Positions 41,041 to 51,291 of a stretch of DNA of 64,000 bases are shown here, piece after piece. How positions within the stretch are numbered: the stretch's first letter is position 1; each line of letters opens with the position of its first letter. The translations under genes were made by a program, and so were the position numbers. The DNA comes from Candidatus Eiseniibacteriota bacterium (GTDB lineage Bacteria > Eisenbacteria > RBG-16-71-46 > CAIMUX01 > VGJL01), in the NCBI GenBank assembly GCA_963792585.1, contig CAWBWI010000006.1, forward strand, positions 608,001 to 672,000. Direction: 5' to 3'. The notes below the pieces were generated by a model, which was not told the origin of the DNA, ran no database searches, and saw only the letters and a program-made list of their open reading frames with translations.

Positions 41041-41502
41041 ATGACTAAAGTGACACCGTTCCTGATGTTCAACGACCAGCTCGAAGCGGCCATGGAGTTC
41101 TACACCGCCACGTTCCCGGACTCCGAGATCAGGAATGTCGCCCGCACCGGTAAGGACGGCCCCATCACCTCCGCCGAGTTTGTCGTCGGCGGTCAGTTTT
41201 TCATGGGCTACAACGGGGGCCCGTACTTCACCTTCTCCGAAGGCCTCTCGCTCTACGTAGACTGCGAGGACCAGAACGAGGTCGACGAGTATTGGGACAA
41301 GCTCGTCAGGGCCGGCGCGAAGCCTACGCAGTGCGGTTGGATCAAGGACCCGTTCGGCCTCTCCTGGCAGATCGTCCCGAGGCGATTCATCGCGCTCATC
41401 CGCGACAAAGACCCCAGGAGGGTCAAGGCCGTGATGGAAGCTATGATGACGATGGTGAAGCTCGACGTGGCGGCGCTTGAGCGAGCGTACAATGAGGCGT
41501 AG
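41041..41502 (+). CDS. VOC/PhnB-like (3-demethylubiquinone MTase-like) protein
   Basis: VTPFLMF...CEDQNEVDEYWDKL...CGWIKDPFGLSWQIVP. Confidence 0.88.
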   Translation: MTKVTPFLMFNDQLEAAMEFYTATFPDSEIRNVARTGKDGPITSAEFVVGGQFFMGYNGGPYFTFSEGLSLYVDCEDQNEVDEYWDKLVRAGAKPTQCGWIKDPFGLSWQIVPRRFIALIRDKDPRRVKAVMEAMMTMVKLDVAALERAYNEA

Positions 41503-41619
41503 CAGTCCGGCGCCCACGCCTTTCGGTCGATCCGGAACCAACCTGCGGCGCTGTCGCGCTCGCGGAGAACCTGGAGGCGCGGGGTCGTCTCGCCAGACCC
41601 CAAGGCGTCTGGAAGAGCT

Positions 41620-41681
41620 GCCCAACAAGCCGATGCAGCGGACCGGGCTTCGGCCGGCCGCTGGTCGGCAGGGCGTTAGGC
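41620..41681 (+). repeat. Short attC, 62 bp
   Basis: GCCCAAC...GTTAGGC. Confidence 0.8.
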
Positions 41682-41707
41682 AACTAGAGCACCGCTGAGG
41701 AGGCGCG

Positions 41708-42181
41708 TTGGATCTCTCTGGGCATACGGTCAACGATCTCCTCCAGCTGTATGCTGGAGTTCTTCATGAGCTGCGCCGCCGTGGGGTCACCCGCAGCACG
41801 AACAACCCAGTTGCTGACTACACGGAGCACTTGGTATCAAGGCAGCTGGGCCTCGAACTCTGCCGCAACTCGGTATCGGGCTTCGACGCAACGGATGCTG
41901 ACGGCCATCGCTATCAGATCAGAGGCCGCCGGCTCACACCCGAGAATCCATCAACGGAACTCAGCGCGCTTCGCAATCTTCAATCTCGTCCCTTCGATTT
42001 CCTGATCGCCGTCATCCATCGATCCGATATCGCGGTCGACTATGCCGCACAAGTGCCCTACGAGGCGGTGCGCGAGCAGTCGCGGTACTCAAAGCACACA
42101 AACGCCCATAGGTTTCTGATGCGACGGAGCGTGTTGAATGACCCACGAGTCACAGATGCTACGTCCCGGCTTGTTGCCTAA
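41708..42181 (+). CDS. Hypothetical protein, possibly PD-(D/E)XK-like
   Basis: TNNPVADYTE...GFDA...YQI. Confidence 0.55.
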   Translation: MDLSGHTVNDLLQLYAGVLHELRRRGVTRSTNNPVADYTEHLVSRQLGLELCRNSVSGFDATDADGHRYQIRGRRLTPENPSTELSALRNLQSRPFDFLIAVIHRSDIAVDYAAQVPYEAVREQSRYSKHTNAHRFLMRRSVLNDPRVTDATSRLVA

Positions 42182-42306
42182 CAGCCGCGTTCACCTGCCG
42201 GGCGGGTCCGTTACGGCCCTGGCGAGGAAGTCAATGAAGTTCAATCACCACCTGGTGCCGCCAGGTCCGCGCCGGCCTCAGCTCGCATGTGATGCGAACG
42301 TTATCC
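42176..42306 (+). repeat. attC, B/A chimera
   Basis: GCCTAAC...GTTATCC. Confidence 0.88.
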
Positions 42307-42406
42307 GACATGCGAGTCCAACGGATCTAGACATCATCCGGCAGGTCGCTGATCCGCCGAAGGCTGAGATGAGTCAAACCCGAGCATCGAGCAGAAGGAA
42401 CCGACC

Positions 42407-43525
42407 ATGAACCGACCAATTCCAGAAGCCGTGCAAATGGACGATTCATCAGGGAGCTTGCTGGGCAGCAGATTTGTCCTGAGCGTGGCTCTCGTTTGCG
42501 CAATAGTGCTGGTGCGCTGCCAGTCGGGTTCGAGGCAAGCAATTAACGCTTCGAACAAGGAGAACGCCATGCAACTGATCCAAAGGTGGGACAAGACCTT
42601 CCCAACAAGAGATAAGGTGGACCATCAGAAAGTAACTTTCCAAACCCGCTACGGCATCATCATAGCGGCTGACCTATACCAGCCGCAAAGTACCAGCGGC
42701 AAGCTGGCAGCGATTGCCGTTGGTGGCCCCTTTGGCGCGGTGAAGGAGCAGTCGTCGGGCCTTTATGCGCAGACCATGGCGGAACGCGGATTCGTCACGC
42801 TGGCTTTCGATCCGTCCTACACAGGGGAAAGTGGTGGCGAACCGCGTAATGTGGCCTCACCAGATATCAACACAGAGGATTTCAGTGCCGCCGTGGATTT
42901 TCTTGGCCTGCAACCCAATGTTGACCGCGAGCGAATTGGCATCATCGGCATTTGCGGCTGGGGCGGCATGGCATTGAATGCCACCGCCGTGGACAAACGC
43001 GTCAAGGCGGTCGTGGTCAGCACCATGTACGACATGACGCGCGTCATGTCCAAGGGCTACAACGACAGTGTGACCCTCGAACAGCGCACGCAAACACTGG
43101 AGCAACTGGGCCGGCAGCGTTGGCAGGATGCGGAAAAGGGAACTCCGGCGTATGGCCCGGTCTCCAATGAGCTGAAAGGCGGCGAAGCGCAGTTCCTGGT
43201 GGACTATCACGACTACTACAGGACGCCGCGGGGCTTCCATCCGCGGGCGGTGAACTCGAACGGCTCGTGGACGCTCACAACCCCGCTGTCGTTCATGAAC
43301 ATGCCGATCTTGACCTACATCGCGGAGATTTCGCCGCGCCCAGTTCTGTTCATCCACGGCGAAAAGGCCCACTCGCGCTATTTCAGCGAAACCGCCTACG
43401 CGGCTGCGGCGGAGCCGAAGGAACTCATGATCATCCCGGACGCCAACCACACTGATCTATACGACCGTATGGACGTGATTCCGTTCGACAAGATCACAGT
43501 GTTCTTCGGCACGAACCTGAAGTGA
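42407..43525 (+). CDS. Alpha/beta hydrolase (YcjY-like); alternative start 42569
   Basis: GPFGAVKEQ, FDPSYTGESGGEPR, GICGWGG, HTDLYD. Confidence 0.88.
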   Translation: MNRPIPEAVQMDDSSGSLLGSRFVLSVALVCAIVLVRCQSGSRQAINASNKENAMQLIQRWDKTFPTRDKVDHQKVTFQTRYGIIIAADLYQPQSTSGKLAAIAVGGPFGAVKEQSSGLYAQTMAERGFVTLAFDPSYTGESGGEPRNVASPDINTEDFSAAVDFLGLQPNVDRERIGIIGICGWGGMALNATAVDKRVKAVVVSTMYDMTRVMSKGYNDSVTLEQRTQTLEQLGRQRWQDAEKGTPAYGPVSNELKGGEAQFLVDYHDYYRTPRGFHPRAVNSNGSWTLTTPLSFMNMPILTYIAEISPRPVLFIHGEKAHSRYFSETAYAAAAEPKELMIIPDANHTDLYDRMDVIPFDKITVFFGTNLK

Positions 43526-43579
43526 CATCACGGCCGTGAGCAGGGATAACGTTACTCTGGCGAACGCCTCGGGGTTGCC

Positions 43580-43639
43580 GCATAACAACCGGTTGCAGCG
43601 AACGGCGCTTCGCACCGCCGCTGAACCGGAGCGTTAGGC
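43580..43639 (+). repeat. Short attC, 60 bp
   Basis: GCATAAC...GTTAGGC. Confidence 0.8.
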
Positions 43640-43669
43640 GACCCTTATGACTATAGGAGGTCTCACCTA

Positions 43670-44231
<562 letters not shown>

Positions 44232-44263
44232 AGAAAGACCTCGTGGCGACGAAGCTGGGTGCC

Positions 44264-44323
44264 GCCTAACAACGGGTTGCAGCCGACGTTGCTCCGCTGC
44301 GCGGCTGAGCCCGAACGTTAGGC
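44264..44323 (+). repeat. Short attC, 60 bp
   Basis: GCCTAAC...GTTAGGC. Confidence 0.8.
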
Positions 44324-44370
44324 GGCGGAGATCCGTCGCTCACGACCAACGGGAGAGAGTGGGGGTAAGC

Positions 44371-44841
44371 ATGCATATTCTCGAACATCTGTTTCTCGTC
44401 GGCGAGTTCGCGGAGAGAGCGCACCTGCTGTCAGGGCTGACGCTCGAGCAAGTGACTCTCCGGCCGGAGGGCGCGTCGCACTCCATCTACGACGAGCTAT
44501 GGCATCTCGTGGGGTACCAGCAGAGCATCATCGAGCCGGGGGGCGTACCGCCCGGCGACCTGTACCCGACCGCGGCGCCGGAACACGAGGACCAATGGCA
44601 CCAGCTGGTGCAAGTGTTCCTGACCGGGGCTCGCGCTGCGGCAGACTTAGGACAGGCGCCCGCGCGACTGGCCGCGGAGGTCGAGCCGGGTGTGACCTTG
44701 GCCGATGAGTTGAACAGCGTGGCTGTGCATAACGCATATCACTTCGGCAAGATCGTTGCCTTGCGCCAGCGGATTGGCGCGTGGCCGCCCAGAGCAGTCA
44801 GATGCGCCGTGAATAGGCGCACGGTCTCTGGCGCCGCCTAA
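44371..44841 (+). CDS. DinB-like protein
   Basis: HSIYDELWHL...HNAYHFGKI. Confidence 0.75.
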   Translation: MHILEHLFLVGEFAERAHLLSGLTLEQVTLRPEGASHSIYDELWHLVGYQQSIIEPGGVPPGDLYPTAAPEHEDQWHQLVQVFLTGARAAADLGQAPARLAAEVEPGVTLADELNSVAVHNAYHFGKIVALRQRIGAWPPRAVRCAVNRRTVSGAA

Positions 44842-44937
44842 CTACACGCTGCAGCCGACAAGAACGCGGCCCTCAGACTGGCGTAAACTGTTCGGGCAGC
44901 GAGGCCGCGTTTTTGCGGCTGAGCTCTGACGTTCGGC
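44836..44937 (+). repeat. Heterologous attC, 102 bp
   Basis: GCCTAAC...GTTCGGC. Confidence 0.75.
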
Positions 44938-44967
44938 CGACACACATCCGAGGTACAGGAGACCACC

Positions 44968-45474
44968 ATGCCCGCCCGCAAGTCTGACAAGACTTCCAAG
45001 CCCGCAGTCCGCAAACCGGCCAAGCGCGCGGCGGCACAAGGCAAGGCTGCCACGACGCTGCCGGAATCCATGGTGACCGGCAAGGCAAGCCCCGCGAAGG
45101 CTGCGGTCGGCGACAAGCCGGTCTTCGCCTACATCGCCAGCCTGCCGCAGCCGCAGCGCGGCATCGCGGAATGCATCGATGCTCTGGCGGCCAAGACGCT
45201 TCCCGGCCTGCAGCGCTCCGTGAAATGGGGCATGTCGTACTATGGCGTCGGCGACGGCTGGTGCTTCTGTTGCGGCGGCTTCGCCGGCCACGTCAAGCTC
45301 ATGTTCGTGAACGGTGCGGCGCTCGTGCCGGTACCGCCGGTGACGCCGGTGGCGATGGGCAAGTCTACGCGGGGCGTGGAGCTCGAATCCGTGGACGACC
45401 TCGACGAACGCCAGATCGCGGCGTGGATGAAACAAGTCGCGGCCGTGCCCGGTGTCGGGGGGAAGAAGCGGTAG
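44968..45474 (+). CDS. DUF1801 (YdhG-like) protein
   Basis: VFAYIASLP...VKWGMSYYG...HVKLMF. Confidence 0.8.
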   Translation: MPARKSDKTSKPAVRKPAKRAAAQGKAATTLPESMVTGKASPAKAAVGDKPVFAYIASLPQPQRGIAECIDALAAKTLPGLQRSVKWGMSYYGVGDGWCFCCGGFAGHVKLMFVNGAALVPVPPVTPVAMGKSTRGVELESVDDLDERQIAAWMKQVAAVPGVGGKKR

Positions 45475-45544
45475 GGCCGCGAGGTGTTGTTGGGCGCCCG
45501 GGCGTGTCGCGGTCCGCGTGGCTCCAGCGCGGCGGGCGGCAGAG

Positions 45545-45640
45545 GCCGAACCAGGCGCTGCAGCAGCCGGCGGGGCATGATCGGTTTCTGGAAGTTCATG
45601 GCTGAGCGTGCCTCGCCGCTGCTGAGATGGGTATTCAGGC
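45545..45640 (+). repeat. Degenerate heterologous attC
   Basis: GCCGAAC pairs with GTTCGGC at 44931; right core decayed. Confidence 0.55.
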
Positions 45641-45681
45641 GGTAGAGAACTCAATTCACAACCGTGGGGGGATATTTCACA

Positions 45682-46428
45682 ATGGACATTCCAAGGATCT
45701 TCAACATCACCGAAAGTGCTCATCGCATCCACAACCCGTTCACACCCGAAAAACTCGCTACTCTCGGCGCGGCGTTGCGCCTGGAACCGGGGACCCGTGT
45801 CCTCGACCTCGGCAGCGGCTCGGGCGAGATGCTGTGCACCTGGGCACGCGATTACGGAATCCTTGGCACTGGTATCGACATGAGCCAATTGTTCTCCGAT
45901 CAAGCGAAGCGCCGCGCTGAAGAACTCGGTGTTGCCGGCCAAGTCGAGTTCATCCACGGCGACGCTGCCGGCTACGTAGCCGCCGAAAAGGTCGGTGTGG
46001 CAGCCTGTCTCGGCGCCACGTGGATCGGCGGGGGAGTCGTCGGCACCATCGAACTTCTGGCGAAAAGCCTCCGCACGGGAGGGATCATCCTCATCGGCGA
46101 GCCCTATTGGTCGCAGTTACCGCCGACAGAAGACGTTGCCAAGGGTTGCCATGCCGGTTCGATAGCCGACTTTCTCATGCTTCCAGAACTGCTCGCGTCT
46201 TTCGGCAGACTCGACTACGACGTCGTGGAAATGGTTCTGGCAGACCAAGAGGGCTGGGACAGGTACGAGGCAGCCAAGTGGCTCACCATGCGGCGATGGC
46301 TCGAAGCCAATCCCGACGACGAGTTAGCCAAAGATGTTCGAGCCGAACTGACCTCGGAACCCGTGCGCTACGCCACGTACACGCGTGAATACTTGGGCTG
46401 GGGGGTGTTCGCGCTGATGGCGCGGTGA
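45682..46428 (+). CDS. SAM-dependent methyltransferase (YjhP-like)
   Basis: MDIPRIFNITESAHRIHNP; VLDLGSGSG. Confidence 0.88.
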   Translation: MDIPRIFNITESAHRIHNPFTPEKLATLGAALRLEPGTRVLDLGSGSGEMLCTWARDYGILGTGIDMSQLFSDQAKRRAEELGVAGQVEFIHGDAAGYVAAEKVGVAACLGATWIGGGVVGTIELLAKSLRTGGIILIGEPYWSQLPPTEDVAKGCHAGSIADFLMLPELLASFGRLDYDVVEMVLADQEGWDRYEAAKWLTMRRWLEANPDDELAKDVRAELTSEPVRYATYTREYLGWGVFALMAR

Positions 46429-46473
46429 TGAAGAGATTGCCCTACGACTCGGAAAGTGGTGAAAACCAATCAT

Positions 46474-46573
46474 GCCTAACAGACCGATGGAGCAGAAGGA
46501 TCGGCCTTGTCACTTCGCTGGCAGGAGCCAGCGCCGCGCCAAGACCGCGCGCTGCTCAACGCTGACGTTGGGC
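46474..46573 (+). repeat. Heterologous attC, 100 bp
   Basis: GCCTAAC...GTTGGGC. Confidence 0.7.
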
Positions 46574-47013
46574 CGTTTCCATGACGAAGAGGCCTCCACA
46601 TCTGTGACAAGGGCAGATCTTGCTGTGTCAGCGGCGGCAACAATCGCTTGGGCTGCGAGACCCACAACATCTTTCGCGTACGATTACTACCCACTTGCGG
46701 TTGGCTGCCACTGGGGCTACGACAACGCGAGCGGCGGTCTCCACACCATTTCGATCACCGGCGAGCGAATCGTCCTCGGTGCGGTTACCAGGGTGAGACA
46801 CCAACTCGAGGGCGACCAGGAGTACGAGAACTACTGGACGAAGGACACCGCTGGCAACCTATTCATACATGGTGCCTACGATTACGATGGATTCGAGATC
46901 TCCTACCTGCCGCCAATCGCGATGGTTATGGCCCCTCTCTATGTAACGAAGACGTGGGTAACAGAGAACATCTGCCTTTACGACCTCGATGGAACGCCGT
47001 GGGGTGGTGACCC
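46567..47013 (+). pseudogene. Truncated secreted-protein cassette fused into the next attC
   Basis: YYPLAVG.HWGY domain runs directly into IHLTRW. Confidence 0.55.
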
Positions 47014-47132
47014 CATTCACCTGACGCGCTGGGCCGTCACGGTCCTGGCAGAGAAGCATAGCCAACAAAACCATCACCCGGGGCTGCCAGGCCCGCGCCG
47101 GCCTCAGGACGCAGGTGATGCGAACGTTCGGC
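47014..47132 (+). repeat. attC type A lacking its left end
   Basis: Begins at CATTCACCTG, ends GTTCGGC. Confidence 0.8.
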
Positions 47133-47147
47133 GAAAGGTGTAGAGCG

Positions 47148-48092
47148 ATGACGCAGTCCGAGGACATTGCTGAGCGGTTCTGGAGTCTTCCGCAGAAGCC
47201 TGATGAGGAATCGCGGCGAGAGCAGCTCTTTCTGGACGACGTGATTCAGAAGGCGCATCTCGATCGGGAAATCGCATCCCGCCTTGCGGGGGTGGAGACG
47301 GCCCTCGACGTGGGGGCTGGGACGGGGCGGTTCTCCATACCGTTGGCGGCACGCGGCATTGCGGTCACGCATCTCGATATTGCCGGGGGCATGATCGAGA
47401 GAGCCCGCCACGAGGCTAGGCAAGCCGGAGTTCTGGGGCGGCTGACCTTCCGGCAGGGACGGTTCTCCGACCTCGAGGAATATGCTGCTCGGGAATTCGA
47501 CCTCGTCATATGCTCGGATGCCCCCGTGTCTTATGCCTACCCGGACCATGCCGCAGCCATCACGGCCCTGGCGCGTGTTTGCGGCAAGGCGATCGTTCTC
47601 AGTGTTTCCAGCAGGCTGGGATATATGTCGCTGTGCCTGAATCCTCTGCAGAAGGAGCCGTACTTCGCGGATCCCGAAGACGAGGACCCGCTTGTCCGCT
47701 TCTACCTCCACAACGGGCGCGCCCAGCTTGCTTCCTGGGAGCCACCGATTGACACCGCGTGGAACGCCTTCAGGACGGGCCTCCTTTCGGACCCCCAGGA
47801 GACGGATCGTGACTATCGGGCTGGACACGCCCCGTGGCCACACAACTATCTGTTCCAGCCAGCAGAGTTGGAGGGGTTGCTGCGGTCGAATCACGTGGCC
47901 GACATCAAACTCGCGGGTCCGGGCGCGCTATCGCGAGGGCTTCCGAATGTCGTCCTTCGGAAGCTCCTGTTGACAGATGAGCACCGTCAGCGCTTCCTGG
48001 ACTTGTGCTACGAGTTCGATTCCCAGCCCTCGGTTTGTGGCCTCGGGAAGGACAATCTTGTAGCGTCGGGACGCGCGTCCGCCGAGTGGTAG
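47148..48092 (+). CDS. Class I SAM-dependent methyltransferase
   Basis: ALDVGAGTGRF; FDLVIC. Confidence 0.85.
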   Translation: MTQSEDIAERFWSLPQKPDEESRREQLFLDDVIQKAHLDREIASRLAGVETALDVGAGTGRFSIPLAARGIAVTHLDIAGGMIERARHEARQAGVLGRLTFRQGRFSDLEEYAAREFDLVICSDAPVSYAYPDHAAAITALARVCGKAIVLSVSSRLGYMSLCLNPLQKEPYFADPEDEDPLVRFYLHNGRAQLASWEPPIDTAWNAFRTGLLSDPQETDRDYRAGHAPWPHNYLFQPAELEGLLRSNHVADIKLAGPGALSRGLPNVVLRKLLLTDEHRQRFLDLCYEFDSQPSVCGLGKDNLVASGRASAEW

Positions 48093-48097
48093 CAACC

Positions 48098-48196
48098 GCC
48101 GGACAAGCGGCCGAAACCGTCCTGCGGCGCCGGGCGAGCCCAGTCCGTCGGAGGATCGAATCTGGCGCCGCCCGCGGGTTAGCCGCAGCATTATGC
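48098..48196 (+). repeat. Degenerate attC
   Basis: GCCGGAC...ATTATGC; ends match the neighbouring cassette ends imperfectly. Confidence 0.45.
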
Positions 48197-48217
48197 GTCT
48201 ATAGGAAGGAGAGTGTC

Positions 48218-48634
48218 TTGATTGAAGCCCTCATTGGTGTCGCGGTAGGTGGTCTCACGATCGGGTTGGCACGGATCATTCGTGGGCAGCGTTGGTTGTA
48301 TTCATTAGGTCTGCTCACTCTGCCCAGCTTGTACGCATTCTTTGCTCTACAAGCCGGTGAGCAGGCTGTGGGCGTCAAAGAAATGATCTACGGGGTTCCG
48401 TTTGTCGTAGTTGGGCTGGTTTTCGCATTTGTGAGCGTCCGTCGGTCAGCGGTAGTGGTCGGTGCATTCTGGATACTTCACGGGCTGTACGACTTGACGC
48501 ATAGTCAGTTCATTACAAACGCTGGTGTTCCTGGTTGGTATCCCGTCTTCTGTTTCTCGGTTGATGTTGTTATCGGTGCATATCTACTATGGCTGTCGCG
48601 TCGTATCTCCAACGCGAATCTTCGCCAGGCGTAA
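48218..48634 (+). CDS. Small membrane protein
   Basis: AAGGAG RBS, TTG start; HGLYD...VPGWYPVFC. Confidence 0.7.
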   Translation: MIEALIGVAVGGLTIGLARIIRGQRWLYSLGLLTLPSLYAFFALQAGEQAVGVKEMIYGVPFVVVGLVFAFVSVRRSAVVVGAFWILHGLYDLTHSQFITNAGVPGWYPVFCFSVDVVIGAYLLWLSRRISNANLRQA

Positions 48635-48692
48635 GTCGTGGCTTTGCCATTCTCGGAAGGCGGTAGGATCTGTTCAGGTTATTGAAGACGAC

Positions 48693-48764
48693 GCATAGCC
48701 CTTCCGTCAACCGGACAGTCGGCAAGCTGCTCATTTTGACCTCCGGTCATGTCATACGCCATGC
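48693..48764 (+). repeat. Degenerate attC
   Basis: GCATAGC...GCCATGC. Confidence 0.4.
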
Positions 48765-48788
48765 TCACTGTGCTACGGCGGTGATGAC

Positions 48789-49325
48789 ATGAATGACATG
48801 ATGCGCGCGCGCGGTCACCTGGTTGGATGGCTAGTCTACACAAAGGCCGGTCGTGTCCTGCTCCTCTTGAGCGTCCTTATCCCCGTCACCATCCGAGTTT
48901 ATCGATACCTGAATCACGACCGTTGGGTGGTGGATCCGACCACATATGCCCCACCATCTCCATCTGAATCCACCTCGTACGGAGCACCGCAACCGGGACG
49001 CCATGACGCAACGGCGCGTTCTCAGGTTACTTTGCCTTCCACCGGTATTGGTGGAAACTATCTTTCCGCGGCGGGTGACGGATCTGACCCCTTTGTCGCT
49101 GTAGACAAGGACGCATTGGGTGAGCTCACCAAGGCCGCAAGTCGCAAGGACTACTACGGCGTAGCCGACCTTCTTGCGTCTGGCCGTGTCTTCACCGTCA
49201 AGGACGGTCAAACTGGTCCCCGTGTCCTGGACCATGGATTTGTGAAGACGCGTGTTCGAATACTTAATGGCGCAAATGCTGGCCGGTCAGGCTGGGTGCC
49301 TTCCGAATGGGTCCACGACCGATGA
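48789..49325 (+). CDS. Membrane-anchored hypothetical protein (SH3-like tail)
   Basis: N-terminal TM; GRSGWVPSEWV. Confidence 0.6.
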   Translation: MNDMMRARGHLVGWLVYTKAGRVLLLLSVLIPVTIRVYRYLNHDRWVVDPTTYAPPSPSESTSYGAPQPGRHDATARSQVTLPSTGIGGNYLSAAGDGSDPFVAVDKDALGELTKAASRKDYYGVADLLASGRVFTVKDGQTGPRVLDHGFVKTRVRILNGANAGRSGWVPSEWVHDR

Positions 49326-49332
49326 ACTCGGA

Positions 49333-49463
49333 GCATGACCGCCGCGTTCGCCTGCCGGGTGGGTCCGTCACGGCCCTGGCAGAGAAGGATAGAAGGCTAA
49401 ACCATCACCCTGGGCTGCCAGGGCCGCGCCGGCCCCAGCTCGCAGGTGATGCGAACGTTAGGC
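49333..49463 (+). repeat. attC, B/A chimera with GAC core
   Basis: GCATGAC...GTTAGGC. Confidence 0.82.
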
Positions 49464-49491
49464 CGACAACCAAAGTTGTGGGAGGATAATC

Positions 49492-50130
49492 ATGAGCAAG
49501 GTATTCGTGAACATCGGACTTAGCCTTGACGGCTACATGGCACCGGAAGGGATGACCATTGAGAATTGGGAGAAGCCTGAGTACAAGAACTGGGGCGCCA
49601 AGTGGGGTGCGCTGATGGGCTGGATCATTAATCAGCAGTACTTCCGCGAGAACCTCAAGCTCGGACCAGGGGGAGAGACCGGTCCGGTCAATGACATGGT
49701 TCGTAACACCACGGAGCGCATCGGCGCCAACATCATGGGCAAGCGAATGTTCGAGCAAGGCGAGGTCTCATGGCCCGAGGAGGCTCCGTTTCACACTCCA
49801 GTATACGTTCTTACCCACGAGAAGCGCGAACCTTGGGTCCGGCCGGGCGGGACGACATTCTACTTCGTCAACGACGGCCCGGAGAGCGCCCTTGAGCAGG
49901 CTCGGGAGTCTGCGGGCGGTCGCGATATTCGCATCGCGGGCGGCGCGGACGTGATCCAGCAGTACTTGAACCTGGGTGTCATCGATGAGCTGGAAATCGC
50001 CTTGGCGCCGGTGCTGTTCGGCGGTGGGAGACGTCTCTTCGAGAACCTACGCGAGCCGGCGCCGAGGTTTCGAATTGACAAGGTGCTTGATAGTCCAGCT
50101 GCAACACACTTGCGCTATGTGCGTGAGTAA
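49492..50130 (+). CDS. DHFR/RibD C-terminal family protein
   Basis: SLDGY...IMGKRMF...IAGGADVIQQYL. Confidence 0.88.
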   Translation: MSKVFVNIGLSLDGYMAPEGMTIENWEKPEYKNWGAKWGALMGWIINQQYFRENLKLGPGGETGPVNDMVRNTTERIGANIMGKRMFEQGEVSWPEEAPFHTPVYVLTHEKREPWVRPGGTTFYFVNDGPESALEQARESAGGRDIRIAGGADVIQQYLNLGVIDELEIALAPVLFGGGRRLFENLREPAPRFRIDKVLDSPAATHLRYVRE

Positions 50131-50134
50131 GGCG

Positions 50135-50198
50135 GCCTAACAACCGGTTGCAGCGGACGGTCTGCGGCACGGCCCGCCGCTGAACCGGAGCGTTAGGA
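50135..50198 (+). repeat. Short attC, 64 bp
   Basis: GCCTAAC...GTTAGGA. Confidence 0.8.
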
Positions 50199-50651
50199 GG
50201 CACGACACCCTGAGTAGCAATTTGCTCGAGGACGTTTGAAGGGCCAATCCTGTTGGCCCTCGCTCTTGCGGAAGGGTCGAATGCCATCCATCCAGCCGAA
50301 CCGTTGACTACGCTGAATCCACTGCGGCCGGATGGTGCTCCTCCCCCTCCAACGAAGAACCTGCTCTTTGACCCCGACTCAGACGCCTCCAAGCCCTTGT
50401 GGCCCAAGCGAATCCACTTCAAACGAAGCCCACTTTCAATTTGGTCGTGCCTGGACTCGGTGGTAGGCTTGATGCGCACAGCGGATGCGGAAGATTGAAA
50501 CGACGGGGAATCGCTGGTGCAGGAATCCGGGGGCCGCGCGATGAGCAAGGTGCCCACTATCTCTTCCTCGACCTCATCCTCTCCCTCCACGAGTGGATCC
50601 ACACCCTCGTACTTGCCAATCAAGAAGGGCGTTCAAGGCGTTCCTCCTAAC
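50192..50651 (+). other. Gene-less cassette body, family D copy 3
   Basis: Homologous to 19960-20419. Confidence 0.65.
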
Positions 50652-50666
50652 AGCCGCATTCACCTG
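50645..50666 (+). repeat. Truncated attC type A (left 22 nt only)
   Basis: TCCTAACAGCCGCATTCACCTG then unrelated sequence. Confidence 0.75.
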
Positions 50667-50684
50667 CGGGCGGGGTTGAGTGGC

Positions 50685-51137
50685 ATGAAAGCGGGGTGTC
50701 CTTTGAGATTGTTGCTCCTCTACTGCCTCTGTGCCATCGCATTTCCCGGCTTATCGCATGCTCTGCCACTGGATCTCCACGTCTTCCCCGACGATCCTAG
50801 ATGGGGCGACCCAGTGGTAGTCCTTCTCGTCGGAGGCCTCGACCCAAGCTGTTCTCGAGTCGACTCCGTGTTCTGTAGCCAAACTGCTGCGTACCGTCTC
50901 GACATGAACGTCCTGATCGTCAGGACCCAAGAGCGATGCCTCGCCATCTGGGAGGCGTTCGCGGAAAACTGCGTGTTCAATCACCTTCCATTCGGCGATT
51001 ACACCATCGTTGCAAGGGTCTTCTACGATGACCTGTCTGAACCGCCCGCCCTTGTGGATTCGGTGGCGTTTTCAGTGAAGCTACCAACCGCCACGCACGC
51101 GTCGAGCTGGGGTCACGTTCGGGGACTGTTCCGATGA
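50685..51137 (+). CDS. Secreted protein with SWG motif
   Basis: Signal peptide; ends SWGHVRGLFR. Confidence 0.65.
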   Translation: MKAGCPLRLLLLYCLCAIAFPGLSHALPLDLHVFPDDPRWGDPVVVLLVGGLDPSCSRVDSVFCSQTAAYRLDMNVLIVRTQERCLAIWEAFAENCVFNHLPFGDYTIVARVFYDDLSEPPALVDSVAFSVKLPTATHASSWGHVRGLFR

Positions 51138-51150
51138 CACAGTGGCGAGT

Positions 51151-51281
51151 GCATAACAGCCGCTTTCATCTGACGCGCTGGCCCGTCACGGCCCGGGCAG
51201 AGAAGCACAGAAGGCAAGACCATCTCCCGGGGCCGCCACAGCCGCGCCGGCCTCAGCTCGCAGGTGATGCGAACGTTGGTC
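51151..51281 (+). repeat. attC type A
   Basis: GCATAAC...GTTGGTC. Confidence 0.85.
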
Positions 51282-51291
51282 GGGGTGTGCG

